Origin: Methanoregula sp.
GTDB lineage: Archaea > Halobacteriota > Methanomicrobia > Methanomicrobiales > Methanospirillaceae
Length of the DNA: 40,000 bases
Assembly: GCF_041645475.1 (NCBI RefSeq)
Contig: NZ_JBAZQA010000002.1
Span: 227,320-267,319 of the forward strand
Direction: 5' to 3'
In this document: positions 16,949 through 25,043 of the stretch, one piece after another
How the letters are laid out: every line of letters begins with the position of its first letter
Position numbering within the stretch: the stretch's first letter is position 1
The notes under the pieces: model-generated
Databases searched by the model: none
Told to the model about the DNA's origin: nothing
What the model saw: the letters and a program-made list of their open reading frames with translations, nothing else
Position numbers and translations under genes: made by a program

Positions 16949-17160
16949 GGTCCCCACCCAGAATTGCACCCTGTTTCGGAACCACCGTTTCCTCTGTAAT
17001 ATGGCTACATATGACCTCTCATTTTCCGACGTAAAAACCCTGAAAAAAGATGGTTACTCTCCCTCTTTTTCGGGTAATATGACCTCCCGGGTCCCCAAAG
17101 TGGGCAATCGGAGCCCGCAGAGGGCCCGGATTAGTCTATCCCAAAAACAGGGGTTTTCCG
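16949..17160 (+). repeat. Dispersed intergenic repeat A, copy 1
   Basis: Aligns over ~210 bp with 39227-39433 in the same orientation (roughly 85-90% identical by eye), including CTGTAATATGGCTACATATGACCTC and GGAGCCCGCAGAGGGYCCGGATTAGTC. Confidence 0.7.
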
Positions 17161-17207
17161 CAGGAGAGTGGAGTTTCCGGAGGTGATGGGCGAAACCCAG
17201 ATGAGCG

Positions 17208-17468
17208 TTACTCCTCCCCCTTTCCCTCCATCAACTCCAAAACGGTCTTCCCGGTCTCCGTAGTCCGGTAATACCGGCTCATCTTCTCATCCGGTGTCAG
17301 ACACTCCACGAGCCCGACCTTCTCAAGCGCCTGTATTGTCCGGCTGACAGATGACCGGTCAATATCAAGAGTTCTCGCAAGATCCGTAGGAGTGTTCGGC
17401 CGGAAAAGGCCCTTGAGTACTTTTTTTCGTACACTGCCACGGGAAACGAAACTTACGAGATTGTACAT
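17208..17468 (-). CDS. Small winged-helix transcriptional regulator (paralogue of 20669-20926)
   Basis: MYNLVSFVSRGSVRKKVLKGLF…PTDLARTLDIDRSSVSRTIQALEKVGLVECL… aligns end to end with the 85-aa paralogue. For that reason I place the start at ATG 17468 rather than 17534. Confidence 0.7.
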   Translation of the reverse strand: MYNLVSFVSRGSVRKKVLKGLFRPNTPTDLARTLDIDRSSVSRTIQALEKVGLVECLTPDEKMSRYYRTTETGKTVLELMEGKGEE

Positions 17469-17601
17469 CAAAAAAATTGTATGTACGAATATGTGTAATA
17501 CACGCGTATTATTGGTGTTGTAGTGGTGTTGCAAACGTGTGGCAAAATTAATGGGCTAGTACACCCAAACATCTCCTGTGGATGTGTGCCGGAGAAGAAA
17601 A

Positions 17602-18753
17602 ATGCCAACCGCCCCCAGAACCAATCCCCCTACGCATAACCCCGCGACCGATATTTTCCTCTGCCGCTCCCCACCGGTGTTAAACGGTCCCGTCATGCCG
17701 GAAGGGAACTGCACGAGCCTCTTCGCCCACCCGGAGCCTGGAGGCACAACCTCCTTTTATCTCAGCTACCGGCTCGACCCTTCCGAGCCACTCTTGATCC
17801 GCCTTCTCGATGACCCGGTCGATGCAGCCGCATACCTCCTCGGCATGGCAGGACCCGGGCTTGCGGGAATTTTGGAACCGGAGCGGATCCGGATCCGGGA
17901 ATTTTTCCCGGGATGGTTTGGTTGCGCAGATGTAAAACACGATAAACCCGAACAGGCCGCAGGAGAAAATCCACGCCGCCCCGGTCAATCATCTGAACCC
18001 GGGCTCACAACCGCCCGGCGCCCGGAAATACCGGCAGGATCTTCTGCAACCGCACCGGTCCTGGATAATTTCCCGAAACAACCATCCGGACCGGATTCCT
18101 CCGGAGGCCCGGAAATACCGGTGGGATCTTCTGTGAACACCCCGCCCCCGGATAATCCCCCGGAACCACCGTCCGGACCGGATTCCTCCGGGTGTCCGGA
18201 AATACCGGCAGGATCCTCTGTGAACACCCCGCCCCCGGATAATCCCCCGGAACCACCGTCCGGACCGGATCCTTCCGGGTGCCCGGAAATACCGGTGGGA
18301 TCTTCTGGAAACGCACCGGTCCCGGATAATCCCCCGGAACCACTGTCCGGACCGGATTCCTCCGGGTGTCCGGAAATACCGGCAGGCTCCTCTGTGAACA
18401 CCCCGCCCCCGGATAATCCCCCGGAACCACCGTCCGGACCGGACTCTCCGTCACCCGCATTGGACATGGAGAGTTCCATTATCCTTTACCGCTCCCTGCG
18501 GTACGACCTCCGCACCGGAGAGAGAAATAAACACGGCACAGATCTCTGCGCAACACGGGAGGAGGACGGATCGATCATCCACTGGTTCCGGCACTGGACG
18601 GCGAATCCGAACGAGACCCCTGTCCGCGTTATCACGTCCCGGAAAGAAGCGGCCGGTTTTATCCGGGAGCAGTTCTCACAACCGGGCCTTTTTAGTGGAT
18701 GGAACCACAAAGGTCTGCACGAGTTCCTGCCGGAAGTCTATAGGAAGAAGTGA
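17602..18753 (+). CDS. Hypothetical protein with five proline-rich 29-aa tandem repeats (paralogue of 21036-21887)
   Basis: The N-terminal block (LFAHPEPGG…FYLSY…DAAAYLLGMAGPGL…RIREFFPGWFGCADVKHD) and the C-terminal block (ILYRSLRYDL…WFRHWTA…SRKEAAGFIREQFSQPGLFSGWNHKGLHEFLPEVY) are conserved with the paralogue. The ATG 17602 start is chosen by alignment. Confidence 0.65.
   Translation: MPTAPRTNPPTHNPATDIFLCRSPPVLNGPVMPEGNCTSLFAHPEPGGTTSFYLSYRLDPSEPLLIRLLDDPVDAAAYLLGMAGPGLAGILEPERIRIREFFPGWFGCADVKHDKPEQAAGENPRRPGQSSEPGLTTARRPEIPAGSSATAPVLDNFPKQPSGPDSSGGPEIPVGSSVNTPPPDNPPEPPSGPDSSGCPEIPAGSSVNTPPPDNPPEPPSGPDPSGCPEIPVGSSGNAPVPDNPPEPLSGPDSSGCPEIPAGSSVNTPPPDNPPEPPSGPDSPSPALDMESSIILYRSLRYDLRTGERNKHGTDLCATREEDGSIIHWFRHWTANPNETPVRVITSRKEAAGFIREQFSQPGLFSGWNHKGLHEFLPEVYRKK
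18022..18456 (+). repeat. Tandem repeat, 5 x 87 bp, in-frame within CDS 17602-18753
   Basis: Units start with CCGGAAATACCGG (PEIP[AV]GSS…PPDNPPEPPSGPDSSGC). Units 2, 3 and 5 differ by only a few nucleotides. Confidence 0.9.
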
Positions 18754-18784
18754 CGGGATGAAGGAAACTTACCGGCGGGTCTTG

Positions 18785-19775
18785 TCATGGAGATTTATCC
18801 GGCTGATCGTCCCGGTCCATTTTTTCCGGCAGTTCTGTCTCTTTTAGCATACGGTCAAAATCGCTTTCAAAAAGCCGGTCCTGAACAATACGGTATTTTT
18901 CAAATTCAGACTCCGCAGCCTCTTTTGCCCTCTCTGCCGTTACTTTCCCGCCATCTTCAAGCAGTTTACGGTCATCAAATAATAGGAACAGGTCAAGACG
19001 TTGTGCCCAGTCTTCCATGGTCATTGGTATCTGTCGTCTGGCACGATTTTCAGCTAGATCCAGCCAGGCATTGACAATCCGGCCGAGTGATTCGAGCTCT
19101 TGCGAAGTCAGGTAATTTTTCGCAACCAATACATCGGTTTTTAAAATTTTTCCGTCGGGACTGTTCTCCCACGATGTCAGTCCCATGTGATCGTTTCTGC
19201 TGTCGGCTCGCTTTATTATCAGTTCGGCTGCAGTATGGCCGTGAATTGCGAAATGCAATTTGTTCTCTTACTTTTGCAAAAAAATCGCGGGTTGTCGGGG
19301 CATTCCTGCTGTAATCAATACTCGTGGCATATATGTCGGTGATCTTCTGGTAGAACCGTCTCTCGCTGAGGCGGATCTCCCGTATCTCTGCAAGTAAGCG
19401 CTCAAAGTAATCTTCACCAAGAAACGTACCGTTTTCCATCCTTTTTTTATCAAGTACGTATCCCTTGATGGCAAATTCCCGCAATACCCGGGTTGCCCAC
19501 TGACGGAACTGGGTGGCTCTCGTTGAATTGATGCGGTATCCGACCGAGATTATGGCATCAAGGCTGTAGTATTCCAGATTCCGTGAAACTTCACGGTTTC
19601 CTTCAGAACGAACTATTAGGAATTTCCTAATAGTTGCCTCACGGGTCAGTTCACCGCTCTCATAAATGTTTTTTAAGTGTTCGTTTATTGTCGGAATCCT
19701 TACATCAAAGAAAGCCCCACTGCGACAAGTCGTTCCTTCGTCTGGAAATCTTTGGCGAATGTCACGCTGAACCAA
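18785..19775 (-). pseudogene. RhuM-family (virulence-protein-like) gene split by a frameshift near 19268-19275
   Basis: IRKFLIVRSEGNREVSRNLEYYSLDAIISVGYRINSTRATQFRQWATRVL…RLSERRFYQKITDIYATSIDY…FFAKV in one frame. It continues as (K)LHFAIHGHTAAELI…GLTSWENSPDGKILKTDV…AKNYL in the next. The N-terminus also looks degenerate. Confidence 0.75.
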
Positions 19776-19913
19776 TCCGGGTGTGCAGGAAATTCCGGTA
19801 CGGGAATCCCATGATTCAACACCATCCGCCCGTGCAGCGGGTTATCCACGTCATGGGTTATCCGGTGTGAGTGGCTCCTTCCCGGTTCCCCGGCCATGAT
19901 AAAAAAAGAAGGA

Positions 19914-20135
19914 TTATTCAGAATGCGAAGCTGGTTTCGCCTGTTTTTGCATCTCTGCGATCTCACTGCATATCTCGTCGAGATCATTGCTTAACTACTG
20001 CCTGCGCTCTTTGGTATAATCTCCTTTTCCATGATCAAACATCTGGATGAACCGGATCATGTCAACGGGACCAAGTGTCTTTCGGAGGACATCAATTCCT
20101 TTATCATGAATTTCATGCAGTGTCTTCACGTTCAT
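19914..20135 (-). pseudogene. Small TA-partner-like ORF with an in-frame TAG (19995-19997)
   Basis: A strong GGAGGTGA lies upstream of ATG 20135. MNVKTLHEIHDKGIDVLRKTLGPVDMIRFIQMFDHGKGDYTKERRQ*LSNDLDEICSEIAEMQK…. The frame continues to TAA at 19914-19916. The TAG sits where I would expect Trp (TGG). Confidence 0.35.
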
Positions 20136-20204
20136 TCCCGGTCACCTCCTCGTACCATGCAGCAGGGTTTACGATTCGTATGGAAATTATATCGCTGTGG
20201 TTGC

Positions 20205-20546
20205 TCATAATGTTTTCAACGCATCATCAGTCGTGACAAGAACCATTGCACCTGCCCTCTCTGCGCAGGCAATGTGCAATGCATCAAGAGCTTTTACTCC
20301 GGGGTTCATGATCACGGTTGCCCGTTCCTTTATTGCCGGGTCCACCGCAATATTCGTCGTTGTCTTTGCTGCGATGGAACTGATGTACTGTTTTTTGTCG
20401 TGATCGGGAATTTTGGCAACCTCGTACGTGATCGCGGAACTCCAGACCAGTTCCCAGTCCCGTGAACACCGGTTAAGGATTGCTATAACCGCTTCACTCT
20501 CATACCGGATTCTCGGGAGGAGCTGGTCATCGAAGATCTTCCCGGA
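20205..20546 (-). pseudogene. PIN-domain (VapC-like) toxin lacking an in-frame start codon
   Basis: Open frame …KIFDDQLLPRIRYESEAVIAILNRC…SSAITYEVAKIP…ALDALHIACAERAGAMVLVTTDDALKTL* has PIN-like acidic positions. The only upstream ATG (20554-20556, MVLI…) is in a different frame. This implies a frameshift near 20545. Confidence 0.55.
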
Positions 20547-20668
20547 TTAAAACCATCAATTGAAAACGCGGTAAGAAAAACCGGGCAATAAATTGTCCCG
20601 GATCGTGTCCGTGTATTACAGGAAAACCCGGACGCGGCACGAGGGCGTCAGAGTATCAAAACTGATTT

Positions 20669-20926
20669 TTATTCCTCTTTTCCTTCAATGATATTGACAA
20701 CTTTCTTCCCAACCTCCGTTGTCCGGTAGTAGCGGCCCATCCGTTCACCCGGCGTCAGGCACTCGACGAGTCCTTTCTCCATGAGAATAAGAATTGCCCT
20801 GCTGACAGTGGAACGTTCGATATTCAGCTGCTTCGCCAGTTCGGTTGGGGAATTTAATTTGAAAAGAGCCTTGAGTACTTTTTTCCGGACACTCCCCCTG
20901 CCAACGAAACTCACGAGGTCATACAT
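20669..20926 (-). CDS. Small winged-helix transcriptional regulator (paralogue of 17208-17468)
   Basis: MYDLVSFVGRGSVRKKVLKALF…PTELAKQLNIERSTVSRAILILMEKGLVECL…. It is divergent from 21036-21887, as in the other module. Confidence 0.75.
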   Translation of the reverse strand: MYDLVSFVGRGSVRKKVLKALFKLNSPTELAKQLNIERSTVSRAILILMEKGLVECLTPGERMGRYYRTTEVGKKVVNIIEGKEE

Positions 20927-21035
20927 CTACGGTGAATGGGAAAAAATATGTGATGAATTTACGTAGCAAATACGTAGATTATATTACCTCCACAGACATC
21001 AAACTATTTAACCGGATATGATCCGGAGATGACCC

Positions 21036-21887
21036 ATGCCCGAAGAACCCAGTCTCAAAATCCCACCGCCCGATCCTGAAAAAGATATCCGCCTCTGCCG
21101 TATTCCTCCGTCCCCGCACAGCTTCGGCATCCCGGATGAAGATGACACTGAGATCTTCGCACATCCGGTCCCCGAAGGCCCGCCCCTCTTTTACCTCCGT
21201 TACCTGGATGAATATTCCGGCCGACAGATAATCTGCCCGTTTGCCTCAAACATGGATGCAGCCGCATTCATCACCGGCCTGGCTGGGATCGGACTCCGGA
21301 AGATCCCTGAACCGGACCAGGTTCGGATCCGGGCATTTTTCCCGGGATGGTTTGATTGCGAAGATGTGGAGCACGATGATCCGGTAAACCTGGCGAGTAA
21401 AGATTCCTGCAGCCCGGTGCAATGTCATCATGCCGGGGATAAATCTCCCATGTGCCCGGAAATTCTGGCAGGACCTTCTGGAAACGCACCGATCCCGGAA
21501 AAATCTTCCGGACAACTCCTCATACCGGATACCGCCGGACCCCCGTCATCGAAGTCCCCCGATTGCACATGCCGTAATTCCCCATCGCCCGCTTTGGACG
21601 TGGAGAGTGCTGTTATCCTTTACCGTTCATTGCGGTACAACCTCCACAATGGTGAGAGAAATGATCGCGGCATGGATCTCTGCGCCACCAGGGATGAGAA
21701 GGGAGCCAGCATCTTCTGGTTCCGGCACTGGACGGCAAAACAGGACGAGACCCCCATCAGGAAGATCACATCGCGAAAAGAGGCGGCCGGTTTTATCCGG
21801 GACCAGTTTTCACAACCGGGTCTTTTTTCCGGCTGGAACCACAAAGATCTGCACGAGTTCCTGCCGGAAGTCTATGGGAAGAAGTGA
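21036..21887 (+). CDS. Hypothetical protein, paralogue of 17602-18753 with only one degenerate copy of the proline-rich unit
   Basis: Shares the N- and C-terminal blocks with the paralogue. The central region has a single PEILAGPSGNAPIPEK… unit. Confidence 0.7.
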   Translation: MPEEPSLKIPPPDPEKDIRLCRIPPSPHSFGIPDEDDTEIFAHPVPEGPPLFYLRYLDEYSGRQIICPFASNMDAAAFITGLAGIGLRKIPEPDQVRIRAFFPGWFDCEDVEHDDPVNLASKDSCSPVQCHHAGDKSPMCPEILAGPSGNAPIPEKSSGQLLIPDTAGPPSSKSPDCTCRNSPSPALDVESAVILYRSLRYNLHNGERNDRGMDLCATRDEKGASIFWFRHWTAKQDETPIRKITSRKEAAGFIRDQFSQPGLFSGWNHKDLHEFLPEVYGKK

Positions 21888-22093
21888 TGGGATGAAGGAA
21901 ACTTACCGGCGGGTCTCGTCATGGAGATTTATCCGGTGCAGAGGGAACAAACCCGCCGTGGAGAAGACAAAGGATCGCATCGCGGTACCGGGATTCCCTT
22001 TCCGGAAGCGGGCAATGTAGACCTCGGTTCATCAGGATTGGGATCTGGCTGACCTTCAGGCACTTCCCTCATATCCGATATGTACGATGATAA

Positions 22094-22266
22094 CCCCGCA
22101 AAACGCCCGGTTCCGGTTCCTGCTGGAAATACGTCTCATCTTTGAACCGATTGCCAAAATACGGGCGGAAACGCCATCGTTTAATGGCCGTTAAGGGCCT
22201 TCCGGTTGAGGTTGTTTCAGTCCTGTAATTTACTCCATCCGGACAATGGAAACCCTGCCGGAACGC
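22094..22266 (+). repeat. Dispersed intergenic repeat B, copy 1
   Basis: Aligns with 38930-39102 in the same orientation (AAAACGCCCGGTT…GCCAAAATRCGGG…GGAAACGCC…GGCCTTCCGGTTGAGGTTGTTT…ACTCCATCCGG…GGAAACCC). Confidence 0.7.
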
Positions 22267-22486
22267 AACTATGTGGGTCGTTTTTTCCGGGGTACTCGTA
22301 AAAAAAGGCAGGACCGACGATTTCTCACGGTATTTTCAACTCATGTCCGGGAAATAATGCGGGTCTCTCATAAAAAAAATCCGTGAACACCGGATTAAAG
22401 CAATATTTATTTAATTAAAGCAAGTAAAGTTGATCCAATAAAACCATGCATGCCAAGGAAGATTTCTTACACGATGAAGGTGCTGC

Positions 22487-23296
22487 TTGACACAGGGCGT
22501 CAAAGACCCCCTCACGTCTATCCTGCGGAACAAGCGGGAGGTTTCCCGTTTCCAGATTCTCGCAGAGATTGCTGAGCACCAGCCGGCCGTGCGCCAGCAG
22601 GAGATTGCCGATAAACTCGGTGTCACCCCTCAGGCAGTCTCGGAATATATCCGCGAGCTCGCAGAGGAGGGCATGGTCTCGGCAAGCCGCCGGGGCAACT
22701 ACGAAGTAACAAAAGCCGGGGTCGAATGGGTGCTGGCGCATGCCGAGTCCCTCGAATCCTATGCCCGGCATATCCGGCGCGACATCATCCAGCAGGTCTC
22801 GATCTGGACCGCCATTGCTGCCGAGAATCTCAAAGCCGGGGACGAGGTGGGAGTGTACATGCAGGACGGGTTCCTGTATGCAGCGAAAAAGCCTGCGGCC
22901 GCGACCGGGTCCGTCATGGCGGATACAATGAAAGGTACGGAAGCCGGGGTTGCGCACTTAAGCGGGATCATCGAGCACCACGAAGGGACTATTCACGTCT
23001 GCAAGGTGCCCCGGATCCAGTACGGCGGTTCGCGCAATGTGCAAAAAGAGCAAATCAGGGAAATTATTGCACATACCGGGCTGGTTGCGGCAGTGGGCCT
23101 CGAAGCCTATGTCGCCCTGAACACCGCTGGCCGAAAACCCGACATGTTCTTTGGCGCAAGGGAAGGCGTGATCGAAGCGGCCTTCCATGGTATCGACTGC
23201 GCAATCGTGATCGTTGACGAAGAGTTCACGGACCTTATCAAACGCCTGGATGGGGTGAAGCTTGCGTACGTGATCCATGACCTGATCGTACCATGA
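22487..23296 (+). CDS. Archaeal HTH transcriptional regulator (COG2524-like N-terminal domain, non-CBS C-terminal domain)
   Basis: RFQILAEIAEHQPAVRQQEIADKLGVTPQAVSEYIRELAEEGMV is a clear wHTH. The only possible start before the conserved N-terminus is TTG 22487, with GGTG 6 nt upstream. The nearby ATG 22474 is out of frame. Confidence 0.65.
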   Translation: MTQGVKDPLTSILRNKREVSRFQILAEIAEHQPAVRQQEIADKLGVTPQAVSEYIRELAEEGMVSASRRGNYEVTKAGVEWVLAHAESLESYARHIRRDIIQQVSIWTAIAAENLKAGDEVGVYMQDGFLYAAKKPAAATGSVMADTMKGTEAGVAHLSGIIEHHEGTIHVCKVPRIQYGGSRNVQKEQIREIIAHTGLVAAVGLEAYVALNTAGRKPDMFFGAREGVIEAAFHGIDCAIVIVDEEFTDLIKRLDGVKLAYVIHDLIVP

Positions 23297-23616
23297 AGAT
23301 TTCCGCCCGGCTCCGGATAAAAAAAACAACCTACCGGAAACCGGTTGTATCTTTTATTGAAGAACTGATGAGAGGGCAGGCAACGGTATACAGAGGAGCC
23401 GGCTGCCCCCTCTGTGAAAAATTCGCAATCAGGCATTACCAATAAACAAAATGTCCGGTACTATCCTGAAATATGGATCGCCGGTGAAGATCTTTGCCTT
23501 GTTTTTGTACAATGTATACATTATACAAATAAATATTCCGACGGAAGATGATTCAGGTAACTATCACGTTATCAGGTGAGTATACAGGGTTCATCAGGGA
23601 AATATATCCGGTTAAC

Positions 23617-24603
23617 TCAGTATGCGCTTATTTCAATAGTCACGACGCTGAGCGTGACATTGACCGGACTCACGTCCTTCCGGATGGAGTATACACTGAA
23701 ATCGTTACCGGAATACTCCGGCCGGTACGCGATATTGTTCTCACAGGCAGCGGCGAGCTTGCTGAAACTTGCATTCCAGTTCCTGAACGTGGCGTTTCCA
23801 AATGGGTTCCCGCCGGCATAAAACGTTATATTGGAGACCCCATAATACGGCACCGCAGTTACATTGGTGGATACCTGGAGCGTCCCGAATCCATTGCTGC
23901 TGACGAACCGGTGATTCGGTGAAGCCGAGAGGTTTACCGCAGAGAGATCAATGCCGGAACAGGTTCCCGCAGGCGGGGTAAAGGTGAACCGGTTGTTGAT
24001 CAGGTCCGGTGTCGTGTTCTGGACCGGCGTCCGGTTAATCGTGTATTCAACCGCCACAAATGAACCCGCAAATACTGCGAGAGATCCCGCATCCCGGAAG
24101 TCGTTGGTCACATCGGTCATGTTGTAATACCGTAACGGGGACCGGAGCGTGCGGTGTTTGGTCACATTGAGGTACCCGTACTGCCAGCGGTATCCCTGGT
24201 CCTGCCAGAAATTTCCCTGCGGTTCGTACGAGATAGTGACCAGCGTTCCATCCATCTCCCCCATAACCCGGTTGTTCGCATCATAGTGGGTAAGGTAATA
24301 CACCGGTTCGGACTCGTTCCGGACCGCGAGGGAACCGCTGGACCGAAGCGTGTTAAAGAAGAACTCCCCTCCCCCCAGCGGTACCGGTTCGCTTAAGGTC
24401 AGGTCATCCTGCCGTGTCGATACTGCCCGATCGATATCCGATGAGATGTGCAGGAACGCGGATTCCACGGTCTGGAGGTGACTCACTTCAGTAGATTGTT
24501 TCATGGATGGGACATAGACCGCATTCCAGATTGAGAGGAACGTGACAATCGCTGCAAGGATCAGCATCACGGCAATTACCGGTGCAACGGCATCGTCCGT
24601 CAT
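23617..24603 (-). CDS. Type IV pilin-like protein (class III signal peptide, DUF1628-type N-terminus), large minor-pilin candidate
   Basis: The N-terminus MTDDAVAPVIAVMLILAAIVTF matches the AV[SA]xV[VI]xxML motif shared by the other three pilin-like genes. 4-nt overlap with the upstream pilin gene. Confidence 0.65.
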   Translation of the reverse strand: MTDDAVAPVIAVMLILAAIVTFLSIWNAVYVPSMKQSTEVSHLQTVESAFLHISSDIDRAVSTRQDDLTLSEPVPLGGGEFFFNTLRSSGSLAVRNESEPVYYLTHYDANNRVMGEMDGTLVTISYEPQGNFWQDQGYRWQYGYLNVTKHRTLRSPLRYYNMTDVTNDFRDAGSLAVFAGSFVAVEYTINRTPVQNTTPDLINNRFTFTPPAGTCSGIDLSAVNLSASPNHRFVSSNGFGTLQVSTNVTAVPYYGVSNITFYAGGNPFGNATFRNWNASFSKLAAACENNIAYRPEYSGNDFSVYSIRKDVSPVNVTLSVVTIEISAY

Positions 24604-25034
24604 GGCAATCCCCGCCCGATCCTGCCGGAGAAGATTACAGCCCGGTCGGTTGCAAGGACAACCTGCTCGTCCCCGATGAGCGGATGGCTCCGGATTATGG
24701 TGATGTTGCCGTCCAGATCGAAAGCCTGTGTGCCGGGTACGGGAATGAATGGCGGGGTACTCCTCATCGTAGAGACATTTGTCATGCCGTTTGCATCGGT
24801 GATAATTACTTTCAGCGCATCCGTCTTTACCCAGTCCCCGCCTTTATGCCAGAGGGTGATATTCCCTGCGGTGTCATTGCTCATCAGGATGGTCACGGTC
24901 GGGCTGCGTTCGGATGGCAGGTAATTCGAGAGCGAAGCAGAGAAAACCGCAACGAGAATGAGGACAATACCTATCATGAGCATCTCCCCGACCACTTCTG
25001 AAACTGCGGTGCCGGAACTGTCAGTTGTACGCAT
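24600..25034 (-). CDS. Archaeal type IV pilin (DUF1628-type)
   Basis: GTAVSEVVGEMLMIGIVLILVAVF is a class III signal peptide / hydrophobic N-terminal helix. 144 aa. Confidence 0.7.
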   Translation of the reverse strand: MRTTDSSGTAVSEVVGEMLMIGIVLILVAVFSASLSNYLPSERSPTVTILMSNDTAGNITLWHKGGDWVKTDALKVIITDANGMTNVSTMRSTPPFIPVPGTQAFDLDGNITIIRSHPLIGDEQVVLATDRAVIFSGRIGRGLP

Positions 25035-25043
25035 CTCTCTTCC

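Noticed and set aside
18022-18456. Regular 87-bp periodicity as a CRISPR array
   Set aside because: The units are contiguous with no unique spacers, they are in-frame within a conserved CDS, and there are no cas genes in the window.
17985-18479. Long antisense ORFs (164 aa and 151 aa) across the 87-bp tandem repeat
   Set aside because: They exist only because the GC-rich repeat lacks stop codons in several frames. The plus-strand frame is the one conserved with the paralogue at 21036-21887.
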